From: Candidatus Woesearchaeota archaeon
Lineage (GTDB): Archaea > Nanobdellota > Nanobdellia > Pacearchaeales > GW2011-AR1
Length of the DNA stretch: 52,917 nucleotides
Direction of reading: 5' to 3'
Assembly (NCBI GenBank): GCA_964494915.1
Contig: CAZBTP010000002.1
Span: 1-52,917, forward strand
In this document: positions 1 through 9,063 of the stretch, one piece after another
Layout of the letters: the number at the start of each line of letters is the position of its first letter
How positions within the stretch are numbered: position 1 is the stretch's first letter
Made by a program: the position numbers and the translations under genes
Notes under the pieces: generated by a model
Databases searched by the model: none
Told to the model about the DNA's origin: nothing
The model's input: the letters and a program-made list of their open reading frames with translations, nothing else

Positions 1-116
1 TTTCTCTAAATTATATAGTTAAAACATTAGCTGGGATTTCTGTGCGGAGATACTGTCGGTTCAAAGAGGATTGGAGTGTAGGGACTGTTTATAAAGAGGA
101 TTATCATTGAAGCGGC

Positions 117-746
117 ATGACGACGAAGAGTTCGATTATGATTGATTTGGAAGATCCGCGGAGTGCGGTGATTGCGGCGGTGCTCGGGAATAGTAGTGCG
201 AAGAAGATTTTGAGTGTTTTGGCAGAAGGAGGGAAGAGTGTGAGTGAGGTTAGTGAGGCCTTAGGGATGGCGTTGAATACTGTTGATTATAATGTGAAGA
301 AACTTGTTCAGGCTGGTTTGGTCGAGCCTGTCCAGCGGGTGTTTTGGAGTTTGAAAGGGAAACGGATTGTGTTGTATAAGATTTCAAATAAAAGGATTGT
401 TATTTCAGCGAGGAGTATGATTCGGGGTGTGTTGCCTACTGTTTTTATAACGATGTTGTTGGCTGTTGGGATTAAGGTTTTTGTGGGAAGTGGAGAGCAA
501 AAAATTATTGAATATGCTGCGCCTGATGGAGGGGCTGTTGCTTCGAAGCTTGTTGAGGGAGGGGTTGAGCGTGCGGTTGATAGTGCTGCTTCTGTGGCAG
601 TTCGTGTTGCTCAGCCTGCGGGTGAGGGGGTTGTGAGTAGTGTGTATAGCGCCTTGTCTAATGCGCCGAATTCGTGGGCATGGTTTTTGATCGGCGGTTT
701 GAGCGCGTTGGTTATATTTCTTTTGTGGAATTGGAGGAGAACATGA
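117..746 (+). CDS. ArsR-like winged-helix regulator with C-terminal membrane segments
   Basis: The N-terminal ~95 aa fit the ArsR/SmtB wHTH pattern (KKILSVLAEGGKSVSEVSEALGMALNTVDYNVKKLVQAGLV). The C-terminal half has hydrophobic segments (LPTVFITMLLAVGIKVFV, WAWFLIGGLSALVIFLLW). The stop overlaps the next start (ATGA at 743-746). Confidence 0.55.
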   Translation: MTTKSSIMIDLEDPRSAVIAAVLGNSSAKKILSVLAEGGKSVSEVSEALGMALNTVDYNVKKLVQAGLVEPVQRVFWSLKGKRIVLYKISNKRIVISARSMIRGVLPTVFITMLLAVGIKVFVGSGEQKIIEYAAPDGGAVASKLVEGGVERAVDSAASVAVRVAQPAGEGVVSSVYSALSNAPNSWAWFLIGGLSALVIFLLWNWRRT

Positions 747-1504
747 ATTGGATGAAAGGAGGTTTCGTGAAGATGGATGGTAGGATTGTGATTGGTGTTT
801 TGTTGCTTGGTATTCTTGCTCTCGGAGGGTATCTCTTCTTGAGTGGGGAGGATGCTGTTGTTTCTGCACAAGGAACAGCGGTTATCGAAACGAAGCCTGA
901 TCTTATCTCAGTGTACTTTGATATTGAGAAGAGAAATGAGAGTGCTGAGGTTGCTCAAGATGAGTTGGAGAAGGCGTCTGATGCTGTGCTGATTGAGATG
1001 TTCCGTCTTGGTTTTGAACGAGCGGATGTGCAACTTTTGAATTATAATATATATCCTGAGTATGATTGGAGTGACGGGGCACGTAAAATTCTTGGCTATG
1101 CTGCGCGTCAGCAGATTGTGGTAAAGAACGATGATTATACCCTTGTGCCTCGGATTGTTGATCGTGGTGTTGGTGCTGGCGGGTATGTGACGAGTATTAA
1201 TTTTGAGTTGTCTGAAGATAAACAGAATGAGTATAAGGCACAGGTGTTAGAGGCTGCTGGTGGAGATGCGCAGCGAAAGGCTACCGCAACAGCGTCTGGA
1301 TTAGGAAAGAAACTCGGAGATTTGGTTTCTGTCGAGAGTCAGGACTTTCAGTATCCGGGACCTATTATGTATTACGAGAAAGCGTTTGCTGTTGCAGATG
1401 CAGGTGCTGCTGAGAGTGCACGAAGCGCTGCGATTGCTATAGCGCCTCGGGATATTGAAGTGCGGGCAACGATTCTTGTGAAGTATAAACTGCGGCGGTT
1501 TTAG
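743..1504 (+). CDS. SIMPL/DUF541-like secreted or membrane-anchored protein
   Basis: Signal anchor IVIGVLLLGILALGGYLFL followed by SIMPL-like blocks (ETKPDLISVYFDIE, GYAARQQIVVKNDD, APRDIEVRATILVKY). The ORF track opens at 674, but the ATG at 743 overlaps the upstream stop and is the more plausible start. Confidence 0.6.
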   Translation: MNWMKGGFVKMDGRIVIGVLLLGILALGGYLFLSGEDAVVSAQGTAVIETKPDLISVYFDIEKRNESAEVAQDELEKASDAVLIEMFRLGFERADVQLLNYNIYPEYDWSDGARKILGYAARQQIVVKNDDYTLVPRIVDRGVGAGGYVTSINFELSEDKQNEYKAQVLEAAGGDAQRKATATASGLGKKLGDLVSVESQDFQYPGPIMYYEKAFAVADAGAAESARSAAIAIAPRDIEVRATILVKYKLRRF

Positions 1505-1542
1505 GATTCGGTAGACTTAAATAATTTGTTCTTTTTGTTTTT

Positions 1543-2619
1543 TTGATGTTGAGTGAGAAACAGATTTTGGAATTGAGAGAGCATTTAGAGCGTGCGCAGA
1601 ATCCTATTTTTTATTATGATAATGATTGTGATGGACTCTGCAGCTTTGTTTTATTACGAAGGTTTTTGGGAAGAGGAAAGGGGGTTAGTATTCGAAGATT
1701 TCCTGATTTGAATAAGGATTACGCGCGGAAGGCCAGAGAATTGAATGCTGATTATGTTTTTGTGTTAGACAAACCTGTGTTGTCGAAGGAGTTTGTCGAG
1801 AGTATTTCGGCTATGGGACTCCCTCTTGTGTGGATTGATCATCATGATTTGCCTGTGCAAGATTTCGAAAAGGAATTTGATCATCTTTATGTGTATAATC
1901 CGATGCGGAATGTAGGGACGGCGAAGAGCAACGAGCCTGTGACGTACTTAACCTATCGGATTACTGGGCGAGAGGAGGATGTGTGGATTGGGGTTATGGG
2001 ATGCATTGCAGATCATTATTTGCCTGATTTTGTGTCTCTGTTCGAGCGGCGCTATCCTGAGTTGTGGGGTGATGTTGAGGAGGCGTTTGATGCGTACTAT
2101 CGAACAGAGATCGGGAGGATTGCTCGTGCTCTGAACTTTGGTCTGAAGGATTCAGTGACGCATGTTGTCCAGTTGCAGAATTTTTTGATTTTATGTAAAG
2201 GTCCGGGAGAGGTGTTGAGCGAGGTTCCGGGGAATTATGCATTCCGAAAGAAATATCGCGCGATTGAGCTGAAGTCTGAGGGTTTTGTCAAGAAGGCTGC
2301 TACGAGTTTGCATGATAATATTATCTTTTTTTCGTATAGTGGAGACTTAAGTATTAGCTCGGATATTTCGAATGCGTTGTCTTATCGATACCAGGATGCG
2401 TATATTGGCGTTGCGTATATTAATGGAGATATTGTCAATATTTCTTTGCGTGGAAAGAATGTTAAGCTGATTTTGGAGCGTATTTTGCGTTTTGTTTCTG
2501 GGAGTGGTGGCGGGCATGCTGATGCTGTTGGAAGTAGGATTCGTGTTTCTGATTTGACACGGTTTCAAGAGTTGTTTGAGCAAGAGGTGGCTCGATATCG
2601 TGGTGAGTGTTCTGATTGA
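1543..2619 (+). CDS. DHH/DHHA1 family phosphoesterase (RecJ/NrnA-like)
   Basis: Motifs YDNDCDG (DxD), WIDHHD (DHH) and GSGGGHADAVG (DHHA1 GGGH). Confidence 0.65.
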   Translation: MMLSEKQILELREHLERAQNPIFYYDNDCDGLCSFVLLRRFLGRGKGVSIRRFPDLNKDYARKARELNADYVFVLDKPVLSKEFVESISAMGLPLVWIDHHDLPVQDFEKEFDHLYVYNPMRNVGTAKSNEPVTYLTYRITGREEDVWIGVMGCIADHYLPDFVSLFERRYPELWGDVEEAFDAYYRTEIGRIARALNFGLKDSVTHVVQLQNFLILCKGPGEVLSEVPGNYAFRKKYRAIELKSEGFVKKAATSLHDNIIFFSYSGDLSISSDISNALSYRYQDAYIGVAYINGDIVNISLRGKNVKLILERILRFVSGSGGGHADAVGSRIRVSDLTRFQELFEQEVARYRGECSD

Positions 2620-2935
2620 GGTATATGGGCGAGTGCAGGGTGTTCGATTTCGTGCTATGACGAAGGCTTATGCTGATTCTGTTGGTTTGAAGGGGATTGT
2701 TATGAATCGAGAGGACGGGGCTGTTTTGATTGTTGTGCAAGATGGGAGAGACAGGATTAAGGAATTTATTGCATGGCTTAAACAAAATCATGGATTGTCT
2801 CGGGTGGATAAGGTTGTTGTTCGAGGATTGAGAACGCGGAGGGACTATAGAGATTTTGCGATTGTGCGTGATGATTTTTTTAGGGATCACATGAATAGTT
2901 TCTTGCATTTTGGAAGGGACTTTCTAAAACTTTAA
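2600..2935 (+). CDS. acyP: Acylphosphatase
   Basis: Acylphosphatase signature VYGRVQGVRFRAMTKAYADSVGLKGIVMNREDGAVLIVVQDG. The ORF opens at a TTG at 2576. The GTG at 2600 or 2603 is a likelier start, but this is uncertain. Confidence 0.65.
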   Translation: MVSVLIEVYGRVQGVRFRAMTKAYADSVGLKGIVMNREDGAVLIVVQDGRDRIKEFIAWLKQNHGLSRVDKVVVRGLRTRRDYRDFAIVRDDFFRDHMNSFLHFGRDFLKL

Positions 2936-2959
2936 ATAGCATCGGGTAATTTTGTAGGG

Positions 2960-3652
2960 ATGGTTTTGACTATTCCGCGTCATGTGGCGCTTATTCCTGA
3001 TGGGAATCGTCGATGGGCTCTCGCTCGTGGTTTGGTGGGAGAGCAGGGCTATGAGAAGGCGGGGAGTTTTGAGAATTTACGGACGTTGTTCAATGAGGCA
3101 CGGCGTCTTGGCGTACAGTATTTTTCTCTTTGGGGTTTTTCGACTGAGAATTGGAAACGGGGGAAACGGGAGATTGATTCTGTATTTCGGTTGATTTTTG
3201 ATGGCTTGCGTAGATTTGGAGAGGAATCAGCGAAAGAGAAGATCTGTTTTCGGCATTTAGGAAGGAGGGATCGTTTGCCGAAAGAACTTGTGCGAGAAAT
3301 TGAGGAATTGGAGGATCGTACAAAGAAGTATAAGGATTTTATTGTTCAGCTTTGTTTGGATTATGGAGGGAGGGACGAGATTGTGCGCGCTGTGAATCGT
3401 ATTTTGAAGGAAGGAAGGGAAGCGATTGATGAAAAGAGTTTTGTCGCGTATTTGGACAGTAAGGTTGCGCCTGAGCCTGATTTGATTATTCGAACGAGTG
3501 GGGAGCGTCGTCTCTCAGGGTTTATGGCTTATCAAGGTATTTATGCAGAGCTGTATTTTACTGATGTTTATTTTCCTGAGTTTGGACCTGCGGAGTTGCG
3601 GAAGGCGATTGGGGAATTCTCTCGACGGAAACGACGGTTTGGAGGGGATTGA
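2960..3652 (+). CDS. uppS: Undecaprenyl/di-trans,poly-cis-prenyl diphosphate synthase
   Basis: Cis-prenyltransferase motifs HVALIPDGNRRWA, FSTENWKR and IRTSGERRLSGF. Confidence 0.85.
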   Translation: MVLTIPRHVALIPDGNRRWALARGLVGEQGYEKAGSFENLRTLFNEARRLGVQYFSLWGFSTENWKRGKREIDSVFRLIFDGLRRFGEESAKEKICFRHLGRRDRLPKELVREIEELEDRTKKYKDFIVQLCLDYGGRDEIVRAVNRILKEGREAIDEKSFVAYLDSKVAPEPDLIIRTSGERRLSGFMAYQGIYAELYFTDVYFPEFGPAELRKAIGEFSRRKRRFGGD

Positions 3653-3754
3653 GGGTTTTCGTGAGCTGTTAAGAGCGGCGCTTGACTTTCAAAATTTTCT
3701 AACATCTAAAAGCTTTTAAACAAGTCAATCTTAACTAAATCTATAAGAATAAGT

Positions 3755-4138
3755 TTAGCGTTTCTGCTTAGATTCTAACTTTCTAAATTCTTTTCTTAAT
3801 TTTGTAAAATAGAAGATTAATGCAATGAAAATTCCAGCCCCCCACCAATATCCGTTTCCATATTCGTATGAGGCATATGAGAATATTAAAGTTATAGTGA
3901 GCCAAATCCAATGACCTCTTTTTACCATATTATATAACATTCCCAAGAAGAATAGCCCTATGGGCGTGTATATTATTCCTTGCAAGATTATACTAGCGGG
4001 TGAAGTTCCTTTTAATGGTTCAAGGAAACCAAAATTCCCAAAAATTATGACTAATATCGTCACAACTAAAGGAATTATTAAACACCAATCATAATAATTT
4101 AGTTTAGGCATTCTAGAATTTGTTTTATTTTTACTCAA
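3755..4138 (-). CDS. Small integral membrane protein, unknown function
   Basis: 127-aa ORF with about four hydrophobic spans in a short AT-rich segment between uppS and dys. No recognisable family. Confidence 0.4.
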   Translation of the reverse strand: MSKNKTNSRMPKLNYYDWCLIIPLVVTILVIIFGNFGFLEPLKGTSPASIILQGIIYTPIGLFFLGMLYNMVKRGHWIWLTITLIFSYASYEYGNGYWWGAGIFIALIFYFTKLRKEFRKLESKQKR

Positions 4139-4285
4139 TTTTTTCTCTGAACCATTTATAATAGAACTAATATCTATTCTTATTTAAATTTGTCTTTTAA
4201 TGTTACATTTGAGAAGATTAGGTGTCGTTTATTTGACTGCTTAGGTTTTCGTAACCTTTTTATAGGAATAGTCTTCTTTAATTTT

Positions 4286-5284
4286 ATGGACGTTGAAGAT
4301 AGGGAAAGGATTAGCAGAAAGAATTTGCTGCGGGGAAGTGAAGATGTTCATGGGAATGTTATCCGAGGATATGATTTTAATGAGGGTGTTGACTATGGGA
4401 AGCTTGTTCGGAGTTTTAAGGATATGGGATTTCAGGCGTCAGCGTTGAGTCGGGCGATTGAGATTGTTAGAAAGATGATTGATGAGAAGGTGTTTATTTT
4501 TTTTGGTTATACGTCGAACATGGCTAGTTCTGGATTGAGGGATATGATTCGGTATCTTGTGGAACATAACAAGATTGGCGTGATTGTAACAACCGCGGGA
4601 GGAATCGAGGAGGATATTATTAAGTGTTTAGGAGATTTTGTGTTGGGAGATTTTCGCGCTCCTGGGAAGATATTGAGGGAAAAGGGGATTAATCGGATTG
4701 GGAATATTTATGCGCCTAATTCGAGATATGTTGCGTTTGAGGGATTTCTGCAGCCGATTTTGGAGGAGCTTTGGAAGGAACACACGAACGGAGAGAAGGC
4801 TGTTTGTGCAAGCGATCTTGTTTGGAGGTTGGGAGAAAGGATTAATCATAAGGATAGTATCTGTTATTGGGCATGGAAGAATAAGATCCGAATTTTTTGT
4901 CCTGCGCTGATGGACGGGGCTTTGGGAGATAATGTTTATTTCTTTGGTTTTAAAAAGCCTGATTTTAAAATAGATATTGTTGAGGACGCGAGGAGATTGA
5001 ATGATATGACCATTGGCTTGGAAAAATCTGGAGTAATTATTCTTGGAGGAGGTGTTGTGAAACACAGTATTTTGAATGCGAATATGTTGCGGAATGGTGC
5101 TGAGTATGGAGTTTACATTAACACTTCGCAGGAGTATGACGGTAGTGATTCTGGAGCTCTGCCTGACGAGGCTGTTTCGTGGGGGAAGCTTGTTTCTGAT
5201 GGAGAGCATGTGAAGGTCTTTGCTGATGCAACGATTGTGTTTCCTTTGCTTGTTGCAGAGACGTTTGCGCGTTCAACTGCGTGA
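4286..5284 (+). CDS. dys: Deoxyhypusine synthase
   Basis: Typical DHS blocks: GYTSNMASSGLRDMIRYLVEHNKIGVIVTTAGGIEEDIIKC, ILGGGVVKH and the C-terminal SWGK lysine region. The ATG at 4286 (MDVEDR) is preferred over the non-ATG opening at 4190. Confidence 0.85.
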   Translation: MDVEDRERISRKNLLRGSEDVHGNVIRGYDFNEGVDYGKLVRSFKDMGFQASALSRAIEIVRKMIDEKVFIFFGYTSNMASSGLRDMIRYLVEHNKIGVIVTTAGGIEEDIIKCLGDFVLGDFRAPGKILREKGINRIGNIYAPNSRYVAFEGFLQPILEELWKEHTNGEKAVCASDLVWRLGERINHKDSICYWAWKNKIRIFCPALMDGALGDNVYFFGFKKPDFKIDIVEDARRLNDMTIGLEKSGVIILGGGVVKHSILNANMLRNGAEYGVYINTSQEYDGSDSGALPDEAVSWGKLVSDGEHVKVFADATIVFPLLVAETFARSTA

Positions 5285-5307
5285 GGTAATTTATAAGACA
5301 CTTAATT

Positions 5308-5427
5308 ATGGAGAAATTAGATAGAAGCAGGAAAGAGAAAATTGGATGGATGATTTTAGCTGAAAAATCTTTGGAAGATATGTGGGACAATAAAAGCGAT
5401 GATGAAGTATGGAGTAAATATTTATGA
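5308..5427 (+). CDS. Putative small antitoxin of the adjacent MazF/PemK-like toxin
   Basis: 39-aa ORF not in the track (MEKLDRSRKEKIGWMILAEKSLEDMWDNKSDDEVWSKYL). Its TGA overlaps the ATG of the toxin's true N-terminal frame (ATGA at 5424-5427). The acidic Trp-containing tail resembles short antitoxins paired with MazF-like toxins. Confidence 0.45.
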   Translation: MEKLDRSRKEKIGWMILAEKSLEDMWDNKSDDEVWSKYL

Positions 5428-5743
5428 TAGCGCAGGGAGATTTATTGCTGGTGCCATTTCCTTTTTTGATCAATCTGGAAGGAAAGTTAGACCAGTTATT
5501 GTAATAAGTAATAATGATTTCAATAAGCATTCTGAAAATACTTTAGTAATCGGAGTAACTTCTCATATATCGAAAGATGAGTATACTATTAGCTTAGCCA
5601 ATAGAGATTTAGAGGAAGGAAAGCTATCTACTGTCTGTTGTATAAAAGTTGAAAATATCCTAAAAATAGAAAAGGATTTGATTATAAAGAAAATATGTAA
5701 GGTTAATCACCAATATTTTAAGAAGATATTTATCAATTCATAA
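5424..5743 (+). pseudogene. MazF/PemK-family toxin interrupted by a frameshift in a T6 run
   Basis: The frame from ATG 5424 reads MIAQGDLLLVPFPF. The track ORF frame continues FFDQSGRKVRPVIVISNNDFN...VIGVTSHI. Together they give the canonical MazF N-terminus (GDLLLVPFPF.D.SG.K.RPVIVIS). The two frames meet in the T run at 5462-5467, and one extra T restores a 107-codon gene. Confidence 0.7.
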
Positions 5744-5889
5744 GAAAAGATATTCCTAACTGTATCACTTTTGCTGGGCATAGTTTGCGTGTTGACTTTT
5801 AGGGTTATAATGCCCACATAGAATGGAGGGGAAAAAGCTTAAAAAGAAGAGGATATTAGAAAGTGAATTACAATACAAAAAGAGCTGAG

Positions 5890-6390
5890 ATGAAAATATT
5901 GGTTACTTCTGGGAGTGGACATGGGTATACTAAAAAGGATGCGTTTGATAGTGCGTTGATTGCTGCACGTATTGCAGATTATAATCTTATTCATTTGAGT
6001 TCTGTTATACCACTAGGTTCAAAAATTGTTCTAGAAGAACCTAAGATAATTGCTGATCATCAGGGATATAAGTTATATTTGGTGTGTAGTGTTGCTTATG
6101 CTCTTAAGAAAGGGCAGGAGGCGTGGGCGGGTATCGGATGGGTACAAGAGTTAGAGGGAAAGGGAGGACTGTTTGTTGAACAAGAAGGTTTGTCAGAGCG
6201 TGTTGTTAAGGAAGATATTGAACGTTCATTGCAGCATATGATGGATTCTCGAGCTATATTTGGTAAGAAGTACGGGTTCATTGATCATGTGATGAAAGGA
6301 GTTCAGTGTGAGGGTAATGGAATTGCGTGTGCACTTGTTGCAGCGCTCTATAAAGTTGAATCGTGGGATGGGAAAGATTTTTTCTTTTAG
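5890..6390 (+). CDS. pdaD: Pyruvoyl-dependent arginine decarboxylase
   Basis: MKILVTSGSGHGYTKKDAFDSALIAARIADYNLIHLSSVIP, including the HLSS self-cleavage context. Length is typical of PdaD. The ATG at 5890 is preferred to the GTG at 5863. Confidence 0.8.
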   Translation: MKILVTSGSGHGYTKKDAFDSALIAARIADYNLIHLSSVIPLGSKIVLEEPKIIADHQGYKLYLVCSVAYALKKGQEAWAGIGWVQELEGKGGLFVEQEGLSERVVKEDIERSLQHMMDSRAIFGKKYGFIDHVMKGVQCEGNGIACALVAALYKVESWDGKDFFF

Positions 6391-6421
6391 TGTGCGATAG
6401 TCTTTTATATCTTTGTGATGT

Positions 6422-7795
6422 ATGATTGAGATGGGTGTTACGGACGTTGTAAAGGGCATGATTGGACTTGAGGTTCATGTGTATTTATTGACGAGAGAGA
6501 AATTGTTTTGTCCGTGTATTGCGTCGCGGGAGAAGGGAGTGCAGCCGAATGTTTATGTGTGTCCAATATGCACTGGGATGCCTGGAGCAAAGCCGATGTT
6601 ACCGAATAAAAATGCGGTTCAGGGGGCTGTGTTGATTGGATTGATGTTGGGATGTCGTATTCATGAGCGATTGGGGTGGATGCGAAAGCATTATTCCTGG
6701 GCTGATTTGCCTAAGGGATATCAGAATACGCTGTCTGGAACGCGAGCATTTCCTCTTGGTGTTGGAGGAACCTTTCATGGTATTCGGATACGGAGTGTTC
6801 ATTTAGAGGAGGATCCTGCTTCGTGGGAGCCTTTAACGGGACGGATTGATTATAATCGATCGGGGTTGCCTTTGGTTGAGATTATTACAGAGCCTGATTT
6901 TACCTCTGCCGAGGAGGTTGGGATGTGGCTCGAACGCTTGTTGCATAATCTTGCGTATTTGAAGATTGTTGCGTCTGATGCAGGGATTAAGGTTGATGTG
7001 AATGTTAGTATCCCGAAAAAGACCGAGAGGGTTGAGGTAAAGAATGTTAATTCTGTTGAGAGTATTGTGCTCGCTATTGCGTATGAGCTAGAGCGACAGC
7101 TGCGAGAGGGGAGTGTGCGGGAGACGCGGCGGTTTGATGCTGTTCGTGGCGTTACGATGGTTATGCGAGAGAAAGAGGGCGCTGAGGATTATCGGTTTAT
7201 TCGAGATCCTGATTTGTTAGATTTAGTGATTGAGTCTGCGTTTGTTGAGAATCTGAAGAGAGTGTTACCTGATCCGCCTGAGAAAAAACTTACGATGTTA
7301 CGAAAGAAGTATAAGATTGATGAAAAGAATGCTTCTGTTTTGGCGAAGCATTTGGAGATTGTTGAGTTTTTTGAGCAGGTTGCAGTGCGTATTGATCCGA
7401 AGTTTGCGTTGCCATGGGTGACGATTGAGTTGTTACGACATTTGAACTACCATAAAACGCGATTGGATAAGGTTGATATTAACGTTGACCATTTTGTTGC
7501 GTTATTGGAGCTTGTTAAGAACGGTACGATTAGCGAGTTGCAGGGGAAGCAGTTGTTAAATACGTTTTATCCTTCGAGTTATATGCCTGCTGGTGTTGAG
7601 AAAAAGATTGATGATCATGCTATTTTGGAGGGGGTTTGTATGGGGATTATTTCAGAGGAACGCGAGGGTGTTGCACGGTATAAGGCAGGTGATGTGAATG
7701 TACTAAACTTCTTGATTGGACGCGTGATGGAAAAAACAAATCGGCGAGCTGATTTTCGGATTGTTCGTAGCATTATTGAGCAGTTGTTACACTAG
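6422..7795 (+). CDS. gatB: Asp/Glu-tRNA amidotransferase subunit B
   Basis: GLEVHVYLLTREKLFCPC, YVCPICTGMPGAKPMLPN and a C-terminal GatB/YqeY-like tail (ARYKAGDVNVLNFLIGRVMEKTNRRAD). At 457 aa it fits GatB rather than the longer GatE. Confidence 0.8.
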   Translation: MIEMGVTDVVKGMIGLEVHVYLLTREKLFCPCIASREKGVQPNVYVCPICTGMPGAKPMLPNKNAVQGAVLIGLMLGCRIHERLGWMRKHYSWADLPKGYQNTLSGTRAFPLGVGGTFHGIRIRSVHLEEDPASWEPLTGRIDYNRSGLPLVEIITEPDFTSAEEVGMWLERLLHNLAYLKIVASDAGIKVDVNVSIPKKTERVEVKNVNSVESIVLAIAYELERQLREGSVRETRRFDAVRGVTMVMREKEGAEDYRFIRDPDLLDLVIESAFVENLKRVLPDPPEKKLTMLRKKYKIDEKNASVLAKHLEIVEFFEQVAVRIDPKFALPWVTIELLRHLNYHKTRLDKVDINVDHFVALLELVKNGTISELQGKQLLNTFYPSSYMPAGVEKKIDDHAILEGVCMGIISEEREGVARYKAGDVNVLNFLIGRVMEKTNRRADFRIVRSIIEQLLH

Positions 7796-7806
7796 AGCGG
7801 TTTCTT

Positions 7807-8922
7807 TTAGAAAAGTGTCCTGATTTCGAGGAAGGTGGCAAGGATGAGTAGGGCGATTATGATTGCGGTAAGCGTGTTTGAGTAGGGTAGTGAGAATTCT
7901 GGTTTGCGATTGCCTTTTGATTTTGCTTTTTTTACCATTATGAGGATGATGATTGCGGTGAGAGAGCCTGAGAGGAGACCGCCGAGTGAGAGTATTTTTA
8001 TGAAAAGGGTTTTGTTAAAGAAGGTGAGTGCTATAAAGAGAATGAGGGGGAGCGAGAGTGTTGTGAGTACTGCCTTTCTTTTTGGGAGATTGTAGTCTAT
8101 TGTGAGAGAGTCGATGAGGGCTGTTGCAAGGGCGAGAGAGGATCCGAATATCGTAAGGATTCCGAAGAGAATGAGGGGTTTTCCTAGGGAGAGGGTTGCG
8201 ATGTGTGCTGTTGTACTTCCTTGTGTGCCTAGGACAGTGAGTGTGAAGAGGATGTACAGAATGAGAATGATCAGGTTTGCGGTTATTATTGTTCTCTTTG
8301 TTTTTTCTTTGTGATTCGCGAGTATGCGTTCAACTTCTGGGATTGCAGCAAAGCCGAGAAAGGCGAAGAAAATGACGCCGAATGGGGCAAAGATGTGCGA
8401 GAGATCGATTGTTGTTAGATTCTCTGTTTTTATTTTTGTGCTGTTTGTTAGTGTGAGTATGAGAACAACGGCGAGGATAAGGAGAACATTTATTTTTTCA
8501 ACTTTTTCGAAGGCTTTTCTGCCTTTATGTGTTAGTATGAAGAGAAGTGACCAGAACGCGATTGCAGCGTAGAATTTGTATTTTGTTGTGTTGAGAAGAA
8601 TGAAGGAGATTGACTCTCCTTCTACGATGAGATAGGCAAGAAGTGCTGCTTGGATCCCTCCGAAGAGGGCTATGAACATGAGTGTTTTCCCTCTTTTTCC
8701 TAGGTAGTGTTCAGCATAGCCTGCGAGTTGTTGATTGTTCTTTGTTCTGAGACCGACTTCTGCAAGGTAGAGATTGATGAGTGTCATGATTGCTGCGACA
8801 ATAATGAGGTTTATTACGCCAAGGAGGAATCCTGACTGTGCTGTCACATAGGGAATTGCGAGAATACCTGCGCCGACGATTGTTGCGATGAGTGTTGTGA
8901 GTGCAGCGAGTATTCTTTTCAT
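7807..8922 (-). CDS. Amino acid permease (Aa_trans / aromatic amino acid permease-like)
   Basis: About 11 hydrophobic spans. The N-terminus LIATIVGAGILAIPYVTAQSGFLLG is typical of this transporter family. Confidence 0.6.
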   Translation of the reverse strand: MKRILAALTTLIATIVGAGILAIPYVTAQSGFLLGVINLIIVAAIMTLINLYLAEVGLRTKNNQQLAGYAEHYLGKRGKTLMFIALFGGIQAALLAYLIVEGESISFILLNTTKYKFYAAIAFWSLLFILTHKGRKAFEKVEKINVLLILAVVLILTLTNSTKIKTENLTTIDLSHIFAPFGVIFFAFLGFAAIPEVERILANHKEKTKRTIITANLIILILYILFTLTVLGTQGSTTAHIATLSLGKPLILFGILTIFGSSLALATALIDSLTIDYNLPKRKAVLTTLSLPLILFIALTFFNKTLFIKILSLGGLLSGSLTAIIILIMVKKAKSKGNRKPEFSLPYSNTLTAIIIALLILATFLEIRTLF

Positions 8923-8972
8923 TCTTTCTCTTTAGTACAATAAGGTTAAAAAAGGCTTTTATTTAGTAGTTT

Positions 8973-9059
8973 GGGTCCATAGTTTAGTGGATAGAATACA
9001 AGGCTTCGGTTTGAACGAGAGGAAACCTTGGGACGGGGGTTCGATTCCTCCTGGACCCG
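8973..9059 (+). tRNA. Intron-containing tRNA, anticodon read as UCG (Arg)
   Basis: Hand-folded cloverleaf:
- acceptor GGGTCCA/TGGACCC, 7 of 7 pairs
- anticodon stem CAAGG/CCTTG
- T arm GGGGG-TTCGATT-CCTCC
- discriminator G

The 22 nt between the anticodon stem halves fit a 7-nt loop (C U U C G G A) plus a 15-nt intron (9010-9024) at the canonical 37/38 position. The D stem is weak, with two G-U pairs. Confidence 0.75.
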
Positions 9060-9063
9060 GTGT

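Noticed and set aside
405-869. Long antisense ORFs opposite real genes. Examples: 405..869, 2462..2908, 4628..5209, 8946..9281, 18697..19050, 24095..24397, 32335..32859, 34887..35258, 39338..39742 and 41449..41937.
   Set aside because: Their translations are low-complexity (S/T/N/Q/H/R-rich or Cys/Phe-rich) with no motifs. Each lies fully inside a confidently recognised gene on the other strand. The strong strand skew removes stop codons from some antisense frames, which explains their length.
6422-7795. GatE instead of GatB.
   Set aside because: At 457 aa there is no room for the GatE-specific insertion, and a GatB/YqeY-like tail is present.
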